From assembly GCA_910579785.1 (NCBI GenBank), contig CAJTVJ010000003.1, positions 3,702-67,701 on the forward strand: DNA of 64,000 nucleotides. The letters are read 5' to 3'. Numbering within the stretch: the stretch's first letter is position 1; every line of letters starts with the position of its first letter. This document shows positions 29,862 to 38,511 of this stretch, piece by piece. Under the pieces are notes generated by a model. The model was not told the DNA's origin, did not search any database, and saw only the letters and a list, made by a program, of their open reading frames with translations. The stretch comes from an uncultured Christensenella sp. GTDB taxonomy: Bacteria > Bacillota > Clostridia > Christensenellales > UBA3700. Both the position numbers and the translations under genes were made by a program.

Positions 29862-30257
29862 ATGATGCAAAGACAAAGATTGCTTGAAAACGCATTGCTT
29901 GTAATGAAGAATGCGCACGCGCCTTATTCCGGATATAAGATAGGTTGCGCGGTAATGGGCGAAAGCGGCAAGATATACGTCGGCTGTAATATCGAGAACG
30001 TAAGCTACGGCGCGACCATATGTGCAGAGCAGGTTGCCATGGGCACTGCGATAGCAGGCAGCGAAAAGGGCTTTATGGCAATGGCGATAGTCAGTTCTGG
30101 CGAGGCGATGCCATATCCTTGCGGTATAGTCAGACAGTTTATCAAAGAGTTTTGCAACGACCTGGTGATATTCGTGTCCAACAACACCGGCGAAGTCGTC
30201 ACTACCAACATAAGCGAGCTCTATCCCGACAGCTTTGATATGAAGCCTAAGCAGTGA
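29862..30257 (+). CDS. cdd: Cytidine deaminase, homotetrameric type (variant zinc site)
   Basis: APYSGYKIG...CAEQVA...PCGIVRQ. GGAGGA RBS. Confidence 0.85.
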   Translation: MMQRQRLLENALLVMKNAHAPYSGYKIGCAVMGESGKIYVGCNIENVSYGATICAEQVAMGTAIAGSEKGFMAMAIVSSGEAMPYPCGIVRQFIKEFCNDLVIFVSNNTGEVVTTNISELYPDSFDMKPKQ

Positions 30258-30282
30258 TTTAATATTTTTAGATAAACAAAAT

Positions 30283-30330
30283 GCCTGAGAGTAAAAGCGT
30301 ATAGCGGTTACTTTCGGGCTTTTATTTTTT
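30283..30330 (+). terminator. Intrinsic terminator after cdd
   Basis: 12-bp stem GCCTGAGAGTAA/TTACTTTCGGGC (2 G-U pairs, plus-strand specific) followed by TTTTATTTTTT. Confidence 0.8.
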
Positions 30331-30427
30331 ATGTTTGATGATATTTCTATTGTGTTTTTGTAAAAATGACTTTAAGTATGGTTTTCTATAAGCAATATGC
30401 GTTCGTCGCGACTTTAAAAATAGTGAT

Positions 30428-30819
30428 GTCATTTCGACCGAAACGTAGTGAAGCGGAGAAATCGCATCCGCTTATTTTTCAACTTGTTGAGACCTCTCCG
30501 CTACGGTCGAGGTGACTATATAATGGTTAAAGTTAATCAAGCTATGGTCATTTCGACCGAAGCGTAAGCGTAGCGGAGAAATCTAATCAAGTTGAATAAG
30601 TACCGACAAAATGTAGCGTAAGCGTGCATTTTCGTTTGGTCGGTAAGGACGGAACCCGACTGTATGTTTAGCAATCACTTTGCTTTGCTAAGTGATTGTG
30701 TATTACAAAGTCGTGGTGAACGCCCAGGTCATTGACGCTCGCCCAAGACGCACATGCTGGCTCGCTATGCCGTCGCTTTCGCTCCTTACGACTGTAACGC
30801 AGTGGAATGGAGAAAAATC
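30428..30819. repeat. Mosaic hairpin-repeat cluster 1
   Basis: Units at 30428-30463 (fwd, ATTTC/GAAAT), 30489-30516 (rev, ACCTC/GAGGT) and 30547-30584 (fwd). A 68-nt module B sits at 30595-30662, a unique hairpin at 30669-30700, and a long-arm C-type unit at 30728-30819. Confidence 0.9.
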
Positions 30820-30938
30820 CTTTTAATATAACTCAACAAAAATCTATCAAAATATAAAATTATCAAAAGTTTTATACAACAATATTGATTGCAGCGAAAA
30901 TATATGATAAAATATAGAAAAGGATGTGTAGATATATT

Positions 30939-31484
30939 ATGAAAAATATTACTAAAAAGATAAGCTTGATATTGTTGTTAACTGTGATATTATCGTTGGC
31001 ATGTTTATGCGCTTGCGATAATGATTTGGATAGCGATTGTCCACCAAAGATAAAATATCCTAAATATGAGACCTTTTATTGCAATTTAAAACGTATTTAT
31101 ATAAATGACGGCATGCATCAGCTTGAAGGCGATATAGTAATAGCAAAGTCGGTATCCGACTTGCAGTATTATGATATTTTGGATACCAAATATACGGATG
31201 AATTTTTTGAAAGTAATGTAATTTTGTTGATAGCTTTTAAATATGACACTGCGGAAGGAAATATTGAGTTTAAAAATTTAGCTTTGAAAGACGGTAAGTT
31301 CTATCCTATATTTGAATTAGATACTCAGGAAATTCTTTGTGAAGAAGAAAATAGAAATTTATATTTAATTGAATGCGGCAAGAGTATTTTAGATTATGAT
31401 TATGCAGAAGTTTTGACAGTCAACAGATTGGATATGGGAATCAAGAGTGCATATTATGACAGTATCACAGAGGTATTTAAATAA
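30939..31484 (+). CDS. Lipoprotein of unknown function
   Basis: MKNITKKISLILLLTVILSLACLCAC lipobox. The ATG at 30924 is an alternative start. Confidence 0.65.
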   Translation: MKNITKKISLILLLTVILSLACLCACDNDLDSDCPPKIKYPKYETFYCNLKRIYINDGMHQLEGDIVIAKSVSDLQYYDILDTKYTDEFFESNVILLIAFKYDTAEGNIEFKNLALKDGKFYPIFELDTQEILCEEENRNLYLIECGKSILDYDYAEVLTVNRLDMGIKSAYYDSITEVFK

Positions 31485-31530
31485 GCGTTAAACTCATAGT
31501 TGAACGTTTATAAACCCATATTACACAGCA

Positions 31531-31560
31531 AAAAGACCTCCCGAAAGAGGTCTTTTATAT
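31531..31560. terminator. Bidirectional terminator between convergent lipoprotein genes
   Basis: AAAAGACCTC-ccgaaa-GAGGTCTTTT, a perfect 10-bp stem with A/T runs on both sides. Confidence 0.85.
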
Positions 31561-31576
31561 TGTTTTATATCGGATA

Positions 31577-32632
31577 TCACGTTTCTTTCATTTTGTCTTT
31601 GAGTTCTTGCGGGATATTCATTTCTACAAGCTTAGACTTGTCGTAAGTAAATCTTTGTTCATAGAAGTTGTCGCTGCTTCCCGATATATTCAAAATCATT
31701 TCTGCTTTCCACACGTTGCTATTGATATAGTTTTTGATAAGACCGCACTCCCAAATTTCGATGATAAGATGTTTTTTAGCATAGACAAATTTTTTTATCG
31801 CGCTGTTGCTCAACATATCGGCGACTGAGAGTTCAAGGGTATTGTTTTCGCAGTTGACGTCAAATTCAAGGGTATAGATGCCGTTTGTCTCGTCATACTT
31901 CAAAGAGCCTGACAGAATAGGCAAATCGTTGTCGTAATTGTCCGTCGTATAGCTCTTATAGCTGTCTCTTGAATACGTATATTTATTAAACTGTTCCAAA
32001 GTTTGTTTTTGTGATTTCGGACGATTGTAAGTCACTGCGTTATAACTTGGGAAGAGCGTTATCGTCGATTTGCTGGTGCCGCCTTTGTTGGACACGTAAA
32101 AGGTCTCGCCGTCTGGGGAATACGCTCTCTTTGCATAGTTGAGTGCAGAGGAGATTACGCTGGATACCGCGCTGTTGACTTTGCCGCGCTTGCCCTTTTT
32201 AAGGCTGTACGCGTCGACTATAAGTCCGTATGCGTCATACCAATATTCGCCGTTGTCATATACTCTTACGTCGCGGGTATCCATTGCGCCGACGATAGTT
32301 CCGCCGTTGATGGTAGCAACGCCCGAGCCGTAAGAAGCTGCTGCAAAGAAATCGCAGTCAATAAGATTTTGATTGGACGTGACAAGTATGTATTTGATAG
32401 AGTCCAACACGGCTTTATCTGTCGATATCGTATCGCTTAAAGTCAATCTGCTCTTGTCGATATGCGTTGCTTTGGCGGCAGCTTCTGCCGTTGGAGCCGA
32501 GCCGAGACCGTCGAAGTCAAGGCTTGCCTCTGCCGATTGCGCTCTGCCGTCGTCGCACCCTGCAAAGAGACATATTGCCGCTATCAAAATGACAAGTATG
32601 AGTATAGCTGAAATCTTTTTGAATTTATTCAT
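31577..32632 (-). CDS. Lipoprotein of unknown function
   Basis: Signal peptide with an LFAGC lipobox. AGGAGC RBS. Confidence 0.7.
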   Translation of the reverse strand: MNKFKKISAILILVILIAAICLFAGCDDGRAQSAEASLDFDGLGSAPTAEAAAKATHIDKSRLTLSDTISTDKAVLDSIKYILVTSNQNLIDCDFFAAASYGSGVATINGGTIVGAMDTRDVRVYDNGEYWYDAYGLIVDAYSLKKGKRGKVNSAVSSVISSALNYAKRAYSPDGETFYVSNKGGTSKSTITLFPSYNAVTYNRPKSQKQTLEQFNKYTYSRDSYKSYTTDNYDNDLPILSGSLKYDETNGIYTLEFDVNCENNTLELSVADMLSNSAIKKFVYAKKHLIIEIWECGLIKNYINSNVWKAEMILNISGSSDNFYEQRFTYDKSKLVEMNIPQELKDKMKET

Positions 32633-32667
32633 TAAATTGCTCCTATTTATTTTTCACTTGTATATAA

Positions 32668-32696
32668 AGTATAAATGAGCTATGTCGATATGTCAA
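32668..32696 (-). promoter_or_regulatory. Sigma-A promoter
   Basis: On the minus strand: TTGACA, 17-nt spacer, TATACT. Confidence 0.65.
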
Positions 32697-32915
32697 CCCT
32701 AATTATCTCGATAGAAGTATTTTGGCGGTGATATATTAAAGTAGGATTAAATGTGCTTTTAAGGTATGTCGGGTTATTTTTATCTAAAAACTATAAAAAA
32801 CGGCATAAATGATGCAAAATAACGTTATTTGATAAAATAATAACTGCACTCAAAAAGTTGTATTTATTTAATATTTATGTTAAAATAATGGCAAAGAAAA
32901 GTTGTAGAGGGAAAA

Positions 32916-33674
32916 ATGTTGGTCTGGAAGATAATTGCCGCAATCGCCGCATATTTTGTAGGAGCGATAAATATGGCGACGATAGTGGGCAAATTGAAGG
33001 GGAAAAACATTAAAAAGATGGGCAGCGGCAATCCCGGCACTATGAACGTTCTGCGGAGCGTAGGCAAGCTGTGGGGAGCTTTGACATTTGCATTTGACTG
33101 CGCCAAGGGAGTTGCGTTTGCGCTGATAGGCAGATTTGCTATCGACGGCGGCTCCACCGATTGGATGATGATACTCGGTACGATATGCGTTATAGGACAC
33201 ATTTTCCCTATATATACCAAATTGAGAGGCGGCAAGGGCGTAGCGACGTCTTTGGGCGTATTCATGGTGGCGATACCCATCGTGGGGGCATGCGTACTTG
33301 TCGGACTTATCATATATTTATTGCTTTGCAAGATAGGCTTTATCGGCTCATATCTTGCGATCACCGCGCTTACTATTGCCAACTGCGTTTGGTATAGAGA
33401 CAGCGTGATAGTAATAGTAATGAGCCTTGTCATATGGACGCTTGTCGTCATACGTCATAAAGACAACGTGATAAGACTGTTAAAGGGCAAAGAAAACACT
33501 CTTTCGCTTGTCGGTAAAAACAAAGCGGCGGATGCCGACGCAGAAGCGCAGCCAGAAGATATAAAAGATATCGACGGCAATAATGACGGAGAAAATGCCG
33601 TCAAAGAGCAGACTGCCGACGTCGAAGATAACGTCAAGACAGAGTCTAGTGAAAATTTAGAAAAAGATAATTAA
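32916..33674 (+). CDS. plsY: Glycerol-3-phosphate acyltransferase PlsY with a ~55-aa acidic C-terminal tail
   Basis: GSGNPGTMNV motif, 5-6 TM helices, and a D/E-rich tail. Confidence 0.88.
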   Translation: MLVWKIIAAIAAYFVGAINMATIVGKLKGKNIKKMGSGNPGTMNVLRSVGKLWGALTFAFDCAKGVAFALIGRFAIDGGSTDWMMILGTICVIGHIFPIYTKLRGGKGVATSLGVFMVAIPIVGACVLVGLIIYLLLCKIGFIGSYLAITALTIANCVWYRDSVIVIVMSLVIWTLVVIRHKDNVIRLLKGKENTLSLVGKNKAADADAEAQPEDIKDIDGNNDGENAVKEQTADVEDNVKTESSENLEKDN

Positions 33675-33723
33675 GATTGATTTGCGAATGCCCGTATGGA
33701 GCGCGCAATAATTGGAGCTGTAT

Positions 33724-34815
33724 ATGAAACTTGGAGTGGTAGGACTTCCCAACGTGGGAAAAAGCACGCTTTTTAATGCAATAACGCAAGCTGGTGCAGA
33801 GAGCGCCAACTATCCTTTCTGCACGATAGAGCCCAACGTGGGCGTTGTGGCTGTGCCGGACGAGAGGCTTGACTTGCTTGCCAAGCTTTACAACAGCAAG
33901 AAGGTCACTCCGACCGCGCTTGAATTCGTCGACATTGCCGGACTTGTCAAGGGCGCGTCAAAGGGCGAGGGATTGGGCAACAAGTTCTTGTCCCACATAC
34001 GCGAAGTCGATGCGATAGTGCACGTCGTGAGATGCTTTGAGGATTCCAATATCACTCACGTAGACGGCAGCGTAGACCCTTTGAGAGACATCGAGACGAT
34101 AGAGTTTGAATTGATATTTGCCGATATGGAGAGCGTGCAGAAGCGCGCCAACAAGGCAAGAGTATCCGCAAAGGGCGGAGATAAAAAATATCTTGTCGAG
34201 GCAGATCTTATGGACATGATATATGCCGAGTTGGAAAAGGGCATACCCGCGCGACTTATTCAGATGAGCGACGACGAAAAGGAGATGGCGAGAGATTTGT
34301 TTTTGCTGACGGCAAAGCCTGTGATATATGCGGCTAATATCGGCGAAGACGAGGTAGCGCTGGGCGGCAACGAATACGTTCGCAAAGTAGAAGAATTTGC
34401 TGCAAAGCAGGGAGCTAAGGTCGTCACCATATGCGCAAAACTCGAAGAGGAACTTGCAGGATTGGACGAGGACGACAAGGCGCTTTTCAGAGAAGAATAC
34501 GGCATAAAGAAGAGCGGCCTTGACCAGTTGGTGTCGGCTTGTTACGACCTTTTGGGACTTATTAGTTATCTCACTGCCGGAGAGAAAGAGACGAGAGCTT
34601 GGACGATCACCAAAGGCACCAAGGCTCCGCAGGCGGCAGGCAAGATACACAGCGATTTTGAGAGAGGTTTTATCCGCGCGGAAATAGTAGATTGGCAGGT
34701 GCTGTTGGAATGCGGCTCTTACGTCGCGGCAAAGGAAAAGGGCAAGGTGCGCAGCGAAGGCAAGGAGTACGTGATAAAAGACGGCGACGTGGTATTGTTC
34801 CGCTTCAACGTTTGA
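33724..34815 (+). CDS. ychF: Ribosome-binding ATPase YchF
   Basis: [20 protein letters not shown]-loop; TGS-like C-terminus. Confidence 0.95.
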   Translation: MKLGVVGLPNVGKSTLFNAITQAGAESANYPFCTIEPNVGVVAVPDERLDLLAKLYNSKKVTPTALEFVDIAGLVKGASKGEGLGNKFLSHIREVDAIVHVVRCFEDSNITHVDGSVDPLRDIETIEFELIFADMESVQKRANKARVSAKGGDKKYLVEADLMDMIYAELEKGIPARLIQMSDDEKEMARDLFLLTAKPVIYAANIGEDEVALGGNEYVRKVEEFAAKQGAKVVTICAKLEEELAGLDEDDKALFREEYGIKKSGLDQLVSACYDLLGLISYLTAGEKETRAWTITKGTKAPQAAGKIHSDFERGFIRAEIVDWQVLLECGSYVAAKEKGKVRSEGKEYVIKDGDVVLFRFNV

Positions 34816-34858
34816 TATGCCGCGGGAATAGTATTGATTTCACGTTTAAGGAATAGAT

Positions 34859-36547
34859 ATGGATTACAAACAACTTATTATCGACAGCATAAATATTGAG
34901 GGCGTAGACAAGAGCGAACTGCTTGCGCTTGTCGCGATACCCAAAGACAGCGCAATGGGCGATCTCTGCATCCCGTGCTTTAAGCTTGCCAAGGAGATGA
35001 AGAAATCTCCTATGGCGATCGCAGACGAAATCGCGAAGAGCGTGACAAAGAGCGAGATGATAGAAGAAGTCACGTCGGTTGCCGGATTTGTCAACTTCAA
35101 ATTCAACAAAATAGCGTTTGCCAAGCAGACTCTGCAAGATGTGCTTGCTAAGGGCGAGGATTACGGCAAGAGCAATGAGGGCAACGGCAAGACTGTCTGC
35201 ATCGACTATTCTTCCGTCAATATAGCAAAGCCGTTCCATATGGGGCATTTGCTCAATACTGCGCTGGGCGGTGCAATCTATCGCATATATACTGCGCTTG
35301 GCTACAACGTAGTGGGTATCAATCACCTCGGCGATTGGGGTACGCAGTTTGGCAAACTTATAGTTGCATTCAAGCGTTGGGGCAGCAAGCAAGAGGTCGA
35401 GAAGAGAGGCGTGCGCGCGCTTGTAGACATATACGTCAGATTCCATAAAGAAGAAGAGTCCGATCCCAATCTTGGCGATGAGGCAAGAGCTTGGTTTAAG
35501 GCTATCGAAGACGGCAACGCAGAAGCTTTGGAATTGTTTGAATATTTCAAGGGCGTTACGCTCAAAGAGGTCGATAGGATATATAAGAGACTGCACGTAA
35601 AATTTGACAGCTATGCGGGAGAGTCTTTTTATAACGACAAGATGCAACCTGTGCTTGACGAGTTGACTGCAAAGGGACTTTTGCAAGAGAGTGACGGGGC
35701 TAAGGTTGTCAAGTTTGAAGATGAGAATATGGCGCCCTGCCTGCTTCAACGCTCCGACGGAGCCACGCTGTATGCGACGAGAGATATGGCGGCGGCATTT
35801 TACAGAAAGAATACTTACGACTTCTATAAGTGTCTGTACGTCGTGGCATACCAGCAAAATTTGCACTTCCAACAAGTGTTCAAGGTATTGGATATGATGG
35901 GATGCGAGTGGTCAAAGGATATGGTGCACGTGGCGCACGGTATGGTGTCGTTGGAGAACGGCGCGATGTCGACGAGAGAGGGCAACGTCGTATTTTTGGA
36001 AGACGTACTCAACACTGTCGTAGAAAAAGCGCTGAGAGTAATTGAAGAAAAGAATCCTCACCTTGCGGACAAGGAAAAGATTGCAGAGCAGATAGGCGTG
36101 GGCGCGACGTTGTTTGGAGTGCTTTACAACAGCAGAATAAAGGATATGGTCTTTTCCATAGACAAGGTGCTCAACTTTGAGGGAGAGACGGGACCGTACG
36201 TTCAGTATACCTATGCAAGATGCAACAGCTTGTTTGATAAGTGCGGAGAGATAGGCAGTGAGATAGACTATAAGGGGCTTGACAACGAAGTCAGCAAAGC
36301 TATCGTCGCGCTTCTCGACAGATATCCGCAGATATTGCAAGAGAGCGCAAAGAAATACGAGCCTAGCGTCGTCACCAGATATGCGATAGATTTGGCTCAG
36401 GCTTTCAACAAATTTTACTTCGAGTGCAAGATAGGCACCGAGGCGGAAGAAATAAAAAATTCGCGATTATTATTGACTAAGGCGGTCAGGCAGGTGCTTG
36501 GCAATGCGCTTGGGTTGCTTGGTATAGAAACTCCGCAGAAGATGTAA
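34859..36547 (+). CDS. argS: Arginine--tRNA ligase
   Basis: 562 aa with an HMGH (HIGH) motif and a class I anticodon-binding C-terminus. Confidence 0.93.
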   Translation: MDYKQLIIDSINIEGVDKSELLALVAIPKDSAMGDLCIPCFKLAKEMKKSPMAIADEIAKSVTKSEMIEEVTSVAGFVNFKFNKIAFAKQTLQDVLAKGEDYGKSNEGNGKTVCIDYSSVNIAKPFHMGHLLNTALGGAIYRIYTALGYNVVGINHLGDWGTQFGKLIVAFKRWGSKQEVEKRGVRALVDIYVRFHKEEESDPNLGDEARAWFKAIEDGNAEALELFEYFKGVTLKEVDRIYKRLHVKFDSYAGESFYNDKMQPVLDELTAKGLLQESDGAKVVKFEDENMAPCLLQRSDGATLYATRDMAAAFYRKNTYDFYKCLYVVAYQQNLHFQQVFKVLDMMGCEWSKDMVHVAHGMVSLENGAMSTREGNVVFLEDVLNTVVEKALRVIEEKNPHLADKEKIAEQIGVGATLFGVLYNSRIKDMVFSIDKVLNFEGETGPYVQYTYARCNSLFDKCGEIGSEIDYKGLDNEVSKAIVALLDRYPQILQESAKKYEPSVVTRYAIDLAQAFNKFYFECKIGTEAEEIKNSRLLLTKAVRQVLGNALGLLGIETPQKM

Positions 36548-36554
36548 GGTCACA

Positions 36555-36582
36555 AAAAGTCGCAACAAGGTTGCGGCTTTTT
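36555..36582 (+). terminator. Intrinsic terminator after argS
   Basis: GTCGCAAC-aag-GTTGCGGC (one G-U pair) followed by TTTTT. Confidence 0.75.
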
Positions 36583-36677
36583 AAATATCCCGGCAATTCA
36601 GTTTGTTATAGGCGCATATTTAATAAAAAAATTACTTTATAATGATACTATTGCACAGGCAACAATCGGCAAATTTG

Positions 36678-36705
36678 TTGACATAAATATTTATAATGAT
36701 ATAAT
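36678..36705 (+). promoter_or_regulatory. Sigma-A promoter of the ABC exporter pair
   Basis: TTGACA, 16-nt spacer, TGaTATAAT. Confidence 0.7.
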
Positions 36706-36744
36706 ACCTATTATATATAGGAGATGGATTAAAAGGAGGACAAA

Positions 36745-38511
36745 GTGAATACGTTAAAAAAATTGATGAAGAGTATCAGACAATACAAATTGCATTCGAT
36801 ACTTTCGCCTGTGTGCGTTACGGTCGAAGTGGCATTGGAGTGTATAATACCGCTATATATGATAGAGATGTTGAAGAAGATAGAGGAAGATATTTCCATA
36901 CGCAACATATTGTTTTACGGAGGCATACTCTTGGTGCTTTCGGCATTTTCTCTCGTATTTGGAATACTCGCAGGCAAGTTTGCGGCGACGGCGTCGACGG
37001 GATTTGCAAAGAATTTAAGACAGGATATGTATTACCGTATACAAGGTTTTGCATTTTCCAACATCGACAAGTTTTCGGCGCCGAGTTTGGTGACACGAAT
37101 GACCACTGACGTTGCCAACGTGCAGATGGCGTATATGATGATAGTCAGGATTGCCGTACGTTCGCCGATAATGTTGATATTTTCGCTGATAATGGCGTTT
37201 GTAATCAACGTCAAGATTGCGTTTGTATTCGTGGCTGTCATACCTGTGTTGGGAATAGGCTTGTTTGTCATGTTCAGACTTGTCGATCCGATATTCACCA
37301 GGGTATTTAAGAAGTATGACGCGATGAACGAGTCTATACAGGAAAATATAAAAGGTATAAGAGTAGTAAAATCTTACGTGCGCGACGAATATGAGAACGA
37401 CAAGTTCAAAAAGACGTCCAACGACGTGCGTTACGACTTCTTAAAGGGAGAAAAGATAATCGCGCTTGCAAATCCGCTGTTGCAGTTTTGCATGTGGTTT
37501 TCAATATTGATGATATGTTTTCTAGTGCCTATGTTCGGCGTCAAAGAGGGGGTGGGCAGATCAAGCGAAATGTCGTCTCTTATAGTCTATGCGTCGCAGA
37601 TACTTTCGTCTCTTATGATGCTCAGCATGGTAATGATTATGATATCTATGTCCAATACGTCGTCAAAACGTATCGTTGAGGTTTTGAGCGAAGAGAGCGA
37701 TTTGCATGCTCCCGCTCAGCCTATATACGAAGTTGCAGACGGCAGCGTGCGTTTTGAAGACGTTGATTTCAAGTATGACGTCAAGGCAGAACGTCGCGCG
37801 CTCAAAGGCGTCAATCTCGACATCAAGTCGGGCGAGACGATAGGCATATTGGGCGGTACGGGAAGCAGTAAGACTTCGCTTGTCAATCTCATACCGAGAC
37901 TTTATGACGCTACCAGCGGTCACGTATACGTCGGCGGACACAACGTCAAGCAATACGACTTGGATACGCTGCGCAACGAGGTTGCGGTGGTGTTGCAAAA
38001 GAACGTGTTATTTTCTGGTACTATTAAGCAAAATTTGCGTTGGGGCGATCCCAATGCCAGCGACGAGGAGTTGGAGAGAGTGTGCAAGCTTGCTCAGGCG
38101 CACGAGTTTATAATGGGCTTCCCCGATAAATACGACACTTATATCGAGCAGGGAGGCAGCAACGTGTCGGGCGGACAAAAGCAGAGACTTTGTATCGCCA
38201 GAGCATTGCTTAAAAAACCAAAGATACTCATACTTGACGACTCGACCAGCGCGGTCGACACCAAGACGGACGCGCTTATCCGCAAGGCGTTTGCCGAGGA
38301 GATACCCGATACGACCAAGTTTATAATCGCGCAGAGAGTCGCTTCGGTGCAGGATGCCGACAAAATAATAATAATGGACAACGGCAGTATTGCCGACGTG
38401 GGTACGCACGAGCAGTTGCTTGCGCGAAATGCGATATATCAAGAGGTATATTATTCCCAAAATAAGAGCAGCGACGGTGAGGAGGTGACGGCAGATGGCA
38501 AGAAAAACTAA
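36745..38511 (+). CDS. ABC exporter half-transporter (TMD-NBD), subunit 1
   Basis: 6 TM helices plus an NBD with GGTGSSKTS, SGGQKQR and ILILDDSTS. GTG start after AAAGGAGGA. Confidence 0.9.
   Translation: MNTLKKLMKSIRQYKLHSILSPVCVTVEVALECIIPLYMIEMLKKIEEDISIRNILFYGGILLVLSAFSLVFGILAGKFAATASTGFAKNLRQDMYYRIQGFAFSNIDKFSAPSLVTRMTTDVANVQMAYMMIVRIAVRSPIMLIFSLIMAFVINVKIAFVFVAVIPVLGIGLFVMFRLVDPIFTRVFKKYDAMNESIQENIKGIRVVKSYVRDEYENDKFKKTSNDVRYDFLKGEKIIALANPLLQFCMWFSILMICFLVPMFGVKEGVGRSSEMSSLIVYASQILSSLMMLSMVMIMISMSNTSSKRIVEVLSEESDLHAPAQPIYEVADGSVRFEDVDFKYDVKAERRALKGVNLDIKSGETIGILGGTGSSKTSLVNLIPRLYDATSGHVYVGGHNVKQYDLDTLRNEVAVVLQKNVLFSGTIKQNLRWGDPNASDEELERVCKLAQAHEFIMGFPDKYDTYIEQGGSNVSGGQKQRLCIARALLKKPKILILDDSTSAVDTKTDALIRKAFAEEIPDTTKFIIAQRVASVQDADKIIIMDNGSIADVGTHEQLLARNAIYQEVYYSQNKSSDGEEVTADGKKN

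Noticed and set aside
30428-30819. I asked whether the short repeats here and at 40513-40718, 46021-46529 and 63641-64000 could be CRISPR arrays.
   Set aside because: The units occur in both orientations and their spacing is irregular (25-110 nt). The linkers between units are themselves conserved rather than unique spacers. No cas genes are present in the window.
34816-34858. I looked for a T-box leader upstream of argS.
   Set aside because: The gap is only 43 nt, too short for a T-box. argS is probably co-transcribed with ychF.
34805-35875. A 356-aa ORF lies on the minus strand.
   Set aside because: It is antisense to argS, whose identity is clear, so this is a spurious shadow ORF.
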